A stretch of DNA of 64,000 bases from a bacterium (GTDB taxonomy: Bacteria > Krumholzibacteriota > Krumholzibacteriia > LZORAL124-64-63), in NCBI GenBank assembly GCA_024229695.1, contig JAAESD010000325.1, positions 32,958 through 96,957 on the forward strand, in the 5' to 3' direction. Under the pieces are notes generated by a model. It was not told the origin of the DNA. It saw nothing but the letters and a program-made list of their open reading frames with translations, and did no database searches. Shown here piece after piece: positions 57,275 to 64,000 of this stretch (position 1 is the first letter of the stretch; every line of letters starts with the position of its first letter). Position numbers and translations under genes: made by a program.

Positions 57275-57541
57275 ATGGTGGCAGATAGCTGTAGTATACT
57301 CGAAGAAAAAATGATGCGTGCGGTTGGAGCGATACGTGAGCTGAAAGAAAATAACTCACGGTTGGTTCAACAACGAGATGAACTCGAAGCCCATGTTGAG
57401 GCTTTGCAAATAGAGATTGGTCGCTTGAAAAACAATATCGACGAAGCGCGGCCAGATAATTTATTCGTCGATAATTTTGAAGAGAAACGTCGCTTGATTG
57501 AAGAGAAGGTTGGAGATCTGTTAGCAGAATTAGACTCCTGA
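57275..57541 (+). CDS. Small coiled-coil protein (ZapB-like?)
   Basis: 88 aa, heptad-rich (ELKENNSRLVQQRDELEAHVEALQIEIGRLKNNIDEA). Lies immediately upstream of a ZapA-like gene. Confidence 0.4.
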   Translation: MVADSCSILEEKMMRAVGAIRELKENNSRLVQQRDELEAHVEALQIEIGRLKNNIDEARPDNLFVDNFEEKRRLIEEKVGDLLAELDS

Positions 57542-57601
57542 TGTAGGTAACAGAATTATTTTGTTACCAATTCTTTGCGGCTTTAGTTCGGGAAGACAAA
57601 T

Positions 57602-57895
57602 ATGGTCGATCCGAAAAGTGTAACAGTTAAAATCTACGGGCAGGACTATACTCTGCGCGGTGATACAGATGCGGCCTATGTACTTAAGGTCGCTGGGCTC
57701 GTTGACCAGAAAATGCAAGAGGTTGCAGCAAATTCCAATTTAATTGCTGTTGAAAAAGTTGCTATTTTAGCTGCTGTAAATTTGGCAGATGAGTTACTTC
57801 GTGAACGTCATAGTCATAGTGAGACTCTGCAAAAGTTGGAAGATAGAGTTTCGCAGGCAGCGGAATATCTGGACAAAGAGCTAGAAAACCTGTAG
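57602..57895 (+). CDS. zapA: Cell division protein ZapA-like
   Basis: 97 aa. N-terminal beta region VTVKIYGQDYTLRGDTD followed by a coiled-coil helix, typical of ZapA. Confidence 0.6.
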   Translation: MVDPKSVTVKIYGQDYTLRGDTDAAYVLKVAGLVDQKMQEVAANSNLIAVEKVAILAAVNLADELLRERHSHSETLQKLEDRVSQAAEYLDKELENL

Positions 57896-57922
57896 ACTGT
57901 TATATAAAGGAATCAATTCAAG

Positions 57923-58098
57923 ATTCCCTACCATGTTTGTGATGTGCCGCTTGGTTTGAGCCAACGTTATTCGTGAGGATGGTCATGTTTTAAGTCGGCT
58001 GCCATGCCCCAAATGGGGACGGCAAAAGTTTAAACTGACTTTCCGCCTTTGGAGCAATTGGTTCAGTTGCTTCCGGTCACACGGCTTGGCGGGGAATC
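57923..58098 (+). ncRNA. Candidate structured ncRNA in the zapA-rny intergenic region (possible 6S/SsrS-like RNA)
   Basis: 5' GATTCCC (57923-57929) pairs with 3' GGGAATC (58092-58098), immediately followed by TTTATTTTTG. Internal sub-stems TGTGA/TCACA, AGTC/GACT, TGCC/GGCA and a CCCC-AAAT-GGGG hairpin. No credible ORF. In E. coli the 6S gene lies directly downstream of zapA. Confidence 0.3.
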
Positions 58099-58150
58099 TT
58101 TATTTTTGTTAATTCTTTCCTCCTCCTTTCCAATCAGGGAAGGAACCATA

Positions 58151-59710
58151 ATGACTTGGGAATATTATTTAGCACTTGCAATCACTTTGATTGTTGGTTT
58201 TGGCATTGGACTACTTGTTCTTAATGCTATAAGTAAGAAAAATGGAGAGGTCGCCAGGGAAAAGTCCAGTCGCTTGATTGAAGAAGCAAACCGGGAATCT
58301 GCAAATATACTTAAAACGGCTTCACTTGAAGCAAAAGAAGAATTTTTCAAATCACGAAAATTATTTGAAAGTGAAACAGAAAAAACTCGTGATGAACAAT
58401 CACGCAGGACATCTGTTTTAGATCAAAGAGAAACCAACCTTCACAAGAAGGTAACTTTTGTTGACCATAAAGAAGCTAAACTGGAAAAGATAGAAACTGC
58501 TCTTAAAGATAAAGAGGAATTGTTAAGAAAAGAGAAAGAACAAGCTTCATTAATTGTTGCGAAGCAACAGGATGTTTTAGAGCAGATAGCAGGCATGACT
58601 GCTGAAAATGCAAAACAGACACTTATGGATAACATGCTTTCTGAAGCAAAACTCGCAGCTGCAAAATCATTGTATGAAATCAAGTCCGAAACAGAAAGAA
58701 GAGCACGAAAGGATTCCCAGAATATCCTTTCTCTGGCGATTCATCGCTATGCCTCTGAGCATGTAGCTGAGACATCAGTTTCAGTAGTTGATCTTCCAAA
58801 TGATGATATGAAGGGACGCATTATCGGTCGGGAAGGCCGAAACATTCGTGCATTTGAATTGTCGACAGGTGTCGATGTAATAATTGATGACACACCTGAA
58901 GCAGTAATTATTTCTGGGTTTGATCCTGTTCGCCGCGAAGTTGCTTGTATTGCGTTACGGAAATTAATTAAAGATGGCAGAATTCATCCAGGCCGAATTG
59001 AAGAAACTGTTGAAAAAGTATCGAAGGAAATGGATGAAAAACTGAACGATATCGGTGAACAATCATGTATCGATCTTGATTTGCAGAATGTTGACCACAG
59101 ACTGTATTATCATATAGGTCGACTTCATTATCGAACCAGTTACGGTCAGAATCTTTTGATTCATAGTAAAGAAGTAGCCGCACTGTGTTCAACCATTGCT
59201 TCTGAAATTGGGCTTGATCCAGTTGTTGCAAAACGATGTGGATTCCTGCATGACATCGGTAAAGCAACAGACCATGAGGTGGAAGGACCACATGCCGAAA
59301 TTGGTGGTCGACTTGCCCGGAAATTCAAAGAGAAGCCTTTTGTAGTAAATGCAATTGAGGGCCATCACCACGATATAGAGGCTATATCTCCTTACACATG
59401 GATAACTTCAGCTGCTGATGCTGTTTCAGCCTCCAGACCTGGTGCACGACGCGAAAGCTTTGACAATTATATCAAGCGCCTTGAAAATCTTGAACGTATT
59501 GCTGAAAGTTATGAAGGCGTAGAGAAATCTTTTGCTATTCAAGCTGGAAGAGAAATTCGGATTCTTGTTGATAGTTCACAAGTTTCAGATGCAGAATCTG
59601 CGCTTATGTCTGAAGAAATATGCAAGAAAATTGAAGGTGAGCTGGAGTACCCTGGCCAGATAAAAGTCATGGTCTTACGTGAAACCAGATCAGTTTCTTA
59701 CGCAAAGTAA
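58151..59710 (+). CDS. rny: Ribonuclease Y
   Basis: Start at MTWEYYLALAITLIVGFGIG (N-terminal TM). Coiled coil. KH domain GRIIGREGRNIRAFE. HD domain (LHDIGKA ... HHHD). Confidence 0.9.
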   Translation: MTWEYYLALAITLIVGFGIGLLVLNAISKKNGEVAREKSSRLIEEANRESANILKTASLEAKEEFFKSRKLFESETEKTRDEQSRRTSVLDQRETNLHKKVTFVDHKEAKLEKIETALKDKEELLRKEKEQASLIVAKQQDVLEQIAGMTAENAKQTLMDNMLSEAKLAAAKSLYEIKSETERRARKDSQNILSLAIHRYASEHVAETSVSVVDLPNDDMKGRIIGREGRNIRAFELSTGVDVIIDDTPEAVIISGFDPVRREVACIALRKLIKDGRIHPGRIEETVEKVSKEMDEKLNDIGEQSCIDLDLQNVDHRLYYHIGRLHYRTSYGQNLLIHSKEVAALCSTIASEIGLDPVVAKRCGFLHDIGKATDHEVEGPHAEIGGRLARKFKEKPFVVNAIEGHHHDIEAISPYTWITSAADAVSASRPGARRESFDNYIKRLENLERIAESYEGVEKSFAIQAGREIRILVDSSQVSDAESALMSEEICKKIEGELEYPGQIKVMVLRETRSVSYAK

Positions 59711-59726
59711 ATCTGGAGTCATTTAA

Positions 59727-60605
59727 ATGAGCACACTGCTTTCAGGAAAAGATGTTCGCAATTTACTAATTAGTGAACTGTCATGCAATGTTGAGAAGAT
59801 ATCAAGTCAACCTGGCCTTGCTGTTATCCTGGTTGGAGAGGATCCAGCATCACAGGTTTATGTTCGCAACAAGAGTAAAGCTTGTGAAAAGGTCGGATAT
59901 TCTCATCAAACCATCAAACTTGGTGAATCCACTTCTCAATCTGATCTTCTTGATTTGATTAACGATCTCAACATGGACCCAAAAATTGATGGCATTTTAA
60001 TACAAATTCCATTACCTGCGCATATTTGTGAAGCAACGATACAGAACGCAGTTGATCCTGCAAAAGACGTTGACGGTTTCCATCCTGAAAACCTTGGAAT
60101 GTTGCTAGCTGGAAATCCCAGATACATTCCGTGCACACCAAAAGGTGTTGTGCATCTTCTTAACCATTACAACATATCTACTTCCGGCAAGAATGTTGCG
60201 ATTGTTGGACGTAGTGTAATTGTTGGCAGACCATTGTCTATGTTGTTGTCGATGAAGACTGAGATGGGTAACGCTACTGTAACACTTTGCCATTCCAGAA
60301 CAACTGATTTGGCTGAAGTTGTATCCCAAGCTGATATTGTAGTTGCGGCAATAGGTATTCCAGAATTTCTAACCAGAGAGCATATTGCAAAAGATGCTGT
60401 TGTTATTGATGTAGGTATAAATCGTGTTAAAGATTCTGCAAAAAAATCAGGTTTCAGGTTGACGGGCGATGTTCATCCAAACGCATTGGACGGTTGGGCC
60501 TCAGCATACACTCCAGTTCCAGGTGGTGTAGGACCAATGACTATTGCAATGCTTTTGCAGAATACATGGGATTCACATTGCCTTAGGAATGACATCGATG
60601 TGTAA
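59727..60605 (+). CDS. folD: Bifunctional methylenetetrahydrofolate dehydrogenase/cyclohydrolase
   Basis: FolD family (ILVGEDPASQVYVRNK ... GVGPMT). 292 aa. Confidence 0.9.
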   Translation: MSTLLSGKDVRNLLISELSCNVEKISSQPGLAVILVGEDPASQVYVRNKSKACEKVGYSHQTIKLGESTSQSDLLDLINDLNMDPKIDGILIQIPLPAHICEATIQNAVDPAKDVDGFHPENLGMLLAGNPRYIPCTPKGVVHLLNHYNISTSGKNVAIVGRSVIVGRPLSMLLSMKTEMGNATVTLCHSRTTDLAEVVSQADIVVAAIGIPEFLTREHIAKDAVVIDVGINRVKDSAKKSGFRLTGDVHPNALDGWASAYTPVPGGVGPMTIAMLLQNTWDSHCLRNDIDV

Positions 60606-61500
60606 ATCTGCCATAAAGGATACTTTTGCAAAAGAAGTCATAGACTTCGAAAATTACTTGCATGCTTCTTTTGATTCTTTTCAAGGCATACCAAACCGAC
60701 TTAAGGCAGCAATGAGCCACAGCCTTTTTAGTGGTGGTAAGCGCTTGCGACCAATTCTGGCTCTGTGGACTTTTGAATCACTTGCTGATAGCTCACTGCT
60801 TGATGATCGTGAACATGCTTTCTCTGTTGGCGTCGCTCTAGAGATGATTCATACATATTCATTAATTCACGATGATTTACCTGCAATGGATGATGATGAT
60901 CTGCGTCGGTCGCGGCCAACCTGTCATATAGAATTTGATGAAGCAACTGCAATTCTTGCAGGTGATGGTCTGCAATCAATGGCTTTTGAGATTTTGTCCA
61001 CAATTCCCGTGCACGGAGCATCTCTAGTCAACGATTTAGCTACAAGTGCTGGGCCTGCCGGTATGGTTGGAGGGCAACAGCTGGATCTTGATAATGAAGG
61101 TCAACATTTGTCGGAACCATTGATCAAAGAAATCCATTCACTAAAAACGGCCAACCTTATTGCTGCATCTATTGCAATGGGTGCCAGACTTGCTGGCCTC
61201 AATTCAGATAAATTGGGTGATGTGAAATCTGCTGGGATGTTGCTCGGTTTAGCATTTCAGGCAGCAGACGATATCCTTGATGTTACATCTGACAGCACAA
61301 CTCTGGGTAAAACTGCAGGCAAGGACATGCAGTCAGAAAAACCAACGTGGGTCAGGTATGAGGGACTTGCAAAGGCAGAAAAAAGAATGGCGCAATATGG
61401 TTGTTCTGGTCAACAGTTATTGGCCTCATTGTTGCCAATTAATGACTCCTCAAGTAAACTGCTGGAGTTGGTTCAGAACCTTTGGGAAAGAGATAGGTAG
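60589..61500 (+). CDS. ispA: Polyprenyl diphosphate synthase (farnesyl/geranylgeranyl diphosphate synthase, IspA family)
   Basis: FARM LIHDDLPAMDDDDLRR and SARM FQAADDILD. Start overlaps the folD 3' end (ATG 60589 or 60598). Confidence 0.85.
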   Translation: MTSMCKSAIKDTFAKEVIDFENYLHASFDSFQGIPNRLKAAMSHSLFSGGKRLRPILALWTFESLADSSLLDDREHAFSVGVALEMIHTYSLIHDDLPAMDDDDLRRSRPTCHIEFDEATAILAGDGLQSMAFEILSTIPVHGASLVNDLATSAGPAGMVGGQQLDLDNEGQHLSEPLIKEIHSLKTANLIAASIAMGARLAGLNSDKLGDVKSAGMLLGLAFQAADDILDVTSDSTTLGKTAGKDMQSEKPTWVRYEGLAKAEKRMAQYGCSGQQLLASLLPINDSSSKLLELVQNLWERDR

Positions 61501-61508
61501 TTGGGATT

Positions 61509-63428
61509 ATGTCGAAGCCAATCCTGGAAAATATAGATTCTTTAGATCAGCTTTCTGATTTGAATTCTGGGCAGCTTGAACAACTATGTTCCGAGCTGCG
61601 CGAAAAAATCATTTCAACTGTATCTGAAACTGGTGGGCATCTTGGTGCCAGTCTTGGTGTGGTAGAGCTAACTGTTGCTCTTCATTTGGTTTTCAATTCC
61701 CCGAAAGACAAAATAATCTGGGACGTTGGTCATCAGGCCTATGTTCATAAGTTGTTGACTGGCCGCCTGAGTGATTTTCACACTTTAAGACAAAAAGGTG
61801 GCATAAGCGGTTTTCCGAAACGATCAGAAAATGAACACGATATGTTTGGTGTGGGCCATGCTAGTACATCTATTAGCGCCGCTCTCGGATTTGCAATCGC
61901 TCGTGATATAAAAGGCACTGATGAAAAAGTTATTGCCGTTATAGGTGATGGCTCAATGTCTGGCGGTCTTGCTTTTGAAGCGATGAATAATGCCGGCCAA
62001 GTGCAGCCAAACATGATTGTAGTGTTGAATGATAATGAGATGAGTATTTCACCCAACGTTGGAGCTCTTGCCAAATACCTGACAAGAATTACTTCAGGGC
62101 AATTATACACTCGATTTGAAGCTGATCTCTGGAAGATTCTAGGCAAGTTGCCTCATGGTGGTAAAGCCCAAAAACTTGCTCATCGAGTAAAAGAGGGGCT
62201 GAAACAGCTTGTTGTGCCTACAATATTATTTGAGGAACTTGGGTTTAAGTATTTTGGCCCAATTGATGGTCATGATATTGATTTACTAGCTGCAACGTTG
62301 AACTCTGTTCAGCAAATCAAGGGTCCAATATTACTTCATGTTGTTACTAAAAAAGGTAAAGGCTACAGCTTTGCTGAAAGAGAAAAGGCAAAGTATCATG
62401 GTGTAGGACGTTTTGATAAAACTCGCGGATTGCAAAAATTGCAATCTTCAGTTCCTAGTTATACATCAGTTTTCGATGATACTATTGTGTCGATTGCTGA
62501 AGAGGATAAACGAGTTGTAGCAATTACGGCAGCCATGCCTGATGGGACCGGCCTTGGGCAATTCATGAAGAAATATCCAGAGCGGTTTTTTGATGTTGGT
62601 ATTGCAGAAGGACACGCTGTCACTTTTGCTGCAGGTTTGGCATGTCAGGGGCTGAAGCCTATTGTTGCGATATATTCAACTTTTCTGCAACGAGCTTACG
62701 ATCAAATAATTCATGATGTAGCACTCCAAAAATTACCCGTGGTTTTTGCAATTGATAGAGGTGGGCTTGTTGGTGAAGACGGCCCAACACATCACGGTGT
62801 TCTGGATCTTTCATTTATGCGTCTGGTACCAGATATAGTTGTGATGGCTCCGCGTGATGGCAATCAGTTGAAATCGATGCTCAGACTTGCATTCAATAGA
62901 TTCGATGGGCCATCGGCACTACGATACCCCAGAGGCGCAGTTCCTGACTCAATCCCAGCATTAAAAGCTGTTGACCAAAACAAGACAGGGTTGTCTGAGC
63001 AAATTGTTTCAGGTAGAGATGTATGTTTTGTTGCGATTGGAACCATGGTAAGTGTTGCAGTTGAAGTTGCCAGGCAACTGAAGCCAAGAGGTGTAGACGC
63101 AGAAGTTATTGATGCCAGATTTATTAAACCTCTTGATCAGGCAATGTGCTCAAGGGTTATCTCAAAATTTGCTCATGTTTTCACACTAGAAGAAAATTCG
63201 ATCTGTGGAGGCCTTGGCTCTTCAATACTTGAATGGGCTGCCGCAAATAAAATGCTAAACAAGTCTTCTATTACAAACATCGCTGTGCCTGATAGATTTA
63301 TTGAGCATGGCACAAGAGATGAGTTACTCACAGATATCGGGTTGACCGCCGAATCAGTTTTAAGCCAGGTAATATCAGAGTTACCAAAATCAATTGTTCT
63401 GGATCAGAAGGCTAGTTCGGTAGATTAA
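61509..63428 (+). CDS. dxs: 1-deoxy-D-xylulose-5-phosphate synthase
   Basis: TPP-binding GDGSMSGGLAFEAMN, transketolase-like domains. 639 aa. ispA-dxs adjacency is common. Confidence 0.95.
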   Translation: MSKPILENIDSLDQLSDLNSGQLEQLCSELREKIISTVSETGGHLGASLGVVELTVALHLVFNSPKDKIIWDVGHQAYVHKLLTGRLSDFHTLRQKGGISGFPKRSENEHDMFGVGHASTSISAALGFAIARDIKGTDEKVIAVIGDGSMSGGLAFEAMNNAGQVQPNMIVVLNDNEMSISPNVGALAKYLTRITSGQLYTRFEADLWKILGKLPHGGKAQKLAHRVKEGLKQLVVPTILFEELGFKYFGPIDGHDIDLLAATLNSVQQIKGPILLHVVTKKGKGYSFAEREKAKYHGVGRFDKTRGLQKLQSSVPSYTSVFDDTIVSIAEEDKRVVAITAAMPDGTGLGQFMKKYPERFFDVGIAEGHAVTFAAGLACQGLKPIVAIYSTFLQRAYDQIIHDVALQKLPVVFAIDRGGLVGEDGPTHHGVLDLSFMRLVPDIVVMAPRDGNQLKSMLRLAFNRFDGPSALRYPRGAVPDSIPALKAVDQNKTGLSEQIVSGRDVCFVAIGTMVSVAVEVARQLKPRGVDAEVIDARFIKPLDQAMCSRVISKFAHVFTLEENSICGGLGSSILEWAAANKMLNKSSITNIAVPDRFIEHGTRDELLTDIGLTAESVLSQVISELPKSIVLDQKASSVD

Positions 63429-63443
63429 CATTGGAGGTCTGGA

Positions 63444-64000
63444 GTGAAAATCAAGCGTATTTCAATATTTGGAAACCCAGAGAAGCAGGATATCAACCAG
63501 GCTGTTAATACAATTATTGAAAAAGTTTCTGACCGTTCAGTTGAAATCTACATCCAGGATAGTTTGGCCGATGTCGTTGGCAGGGCAGATTTATCCATCA
63601 GGGAAGATCAACTTGCAGAATATTCTGATGTTGTGATTGCACTTGGTGGCGATGGCACAATGTTGCGTGCTGCCAGAGCTTTGCTTGGCAGTTCTGTTCC
63701 TTTAATGGGAGTTAATCTCGGAGCTCTTGGCTATCTTACAGATGTTCCTCTTTCTGATCTATCTGAAAGTATCGATTTACTACTCGCCGATGACTATGCT
63801 GTTGTTGAGAGAAAACGGTTATCTGGTTTAATTAAAAATGGTAATAATAAGGGTAAAACCTTCGAAGCTTTAAACGACATTGTTGTGAACATGGGCTCAC
63901 TGGCAAGACCACTACTTATGGAGATAATAATTGATGGCGTAAAGTTGGGCAGATTTTTAGGGGATGGACTAATTGTCAGTACTCCTACAGGTTCAACCGC
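63444..64000 (+). CDS. nadK: NAD kinase, 3' end outside the window
   Basis: GTG start 7 nt after GGAGG. GGDGTML and NLGALGYL motifs. The ORF continues past the window end. Confidence 0.8.
   Translation, partial: MKIKRISIFGNPEKQDINQAVNTIIEKVSDRSVEIYIQDSLADVVGRADLSIREDQLAEYSDVVIALGGDGTMLRAARALLGSSVPLMGVNLGALGYLTDVPLSDLSESIDLLLADDYAVVERKRLSGLIKNGNNKGKTFEALNDIVVNMGSLARPLLMEIIIDGVKLGRFLGDGLIVSTPTGST

Overview
This 64-kb window is largely core-chromosome DNA from a diderm (Gram-negative-type) bacterium, with two accessory-looking blocks. Base composition is AT-leaning (about 40% GC by eye). The host uses Shine-Dalgarno sites and non-ATG starts (GTG/TTG/ATC), and nearly all genes run on the + strand.

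The lineage cannot be named from the sequence. A compact sigma-70 of about 285 aa that lacks region 1.1, together with RNase Y, an LPS core gene set and a TamA-like Omp85, is compatible with an FCB-group or candidate-phylum organism.

Gene content, in order along the window:
- Two tandem outer-membrane beta-barrel genes: a large one truncated at the 5' end, then a TamA-like Omp85.
- ligA, a DinG-family Fe-S helicase with an unknown N-terminal domain, a HutI-like amidohydrolase, and an outer-membrane protein of unknown function.
- ComEA, then a histidine kinase plus a sigma-54 NtrC-type regulator followed by a small pilin-like membrane protein.
- aroK, rsmD, coaD, an AspC-like aminotransferase, obg, dprA, lpxL, a split hldE (rfaE1/rfaE2), and a COG2403 protein annotated as cyclic 2,3-diphosphoglycerate (cDPG) synthetase-like.
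- sucCD, ndk, then yceD-rpmF-plsX-fabD-fabG-acpP-fabF-rnc.
- An envelope module: TPR protein, a secreted protein, an ECF sigma, a zinc-finger (ZAS) anti-sigma and a lipoprotein.
- An AT-rich block with an orphan ParA-like ATPase, an MBL hydrolase and an inositol-3-phosphate synthase.
- An amino-sugar/glycan cluster: a DegT aminotransferase, a PglC-like phosphoglycosyl transferase and a Gfo/Idh/MocA oxidoreductase. Three tRNA genes (Gly-GCC, Cys-GCA, Leu-TAA) follow the oxidoreductase, and GT4 and GT2 glycosyltransferases lie downstream of them.
- dnaK with a strong terminator, the sigma-70 gene and tRNA-Val.
- The conserved thrS-infC-rpmI-rplT-pheS-pheT operon, then a ZapB-like gene, zapA, rny, folD, ispA, dxs and partial nadK.

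The most notable non-coding observations are:
- infC most likely starts at a non-AUG AUC codon 9 nt after a perfect AGGAGG, upstream of the start shown in the ORF track.
- The thrS-infC leader is structured and carries an intrinsic terminator, consistent with an L20-type attenuator.
- A roughly 176-nt structured element lies between zapA and rny. Its ends pair over 7 bp and a T-tract follows, so it could be a 6S-like RNA, given the zapA-ssrS linkage in E. coli.
- Palindromic operator candidates sit in the dnaK promoter and in the divergent MIPS/DegT promoter region.
- The Val tRNA has an unusual C33.

No CRISPR array, transposase, integrase or phage genes were recognised. The unknown-function candidates (the orphan ParA block, the kinase/regulator/pilin-like module, and the N-terminal domain of the helicase) are flagged as hypotheses.
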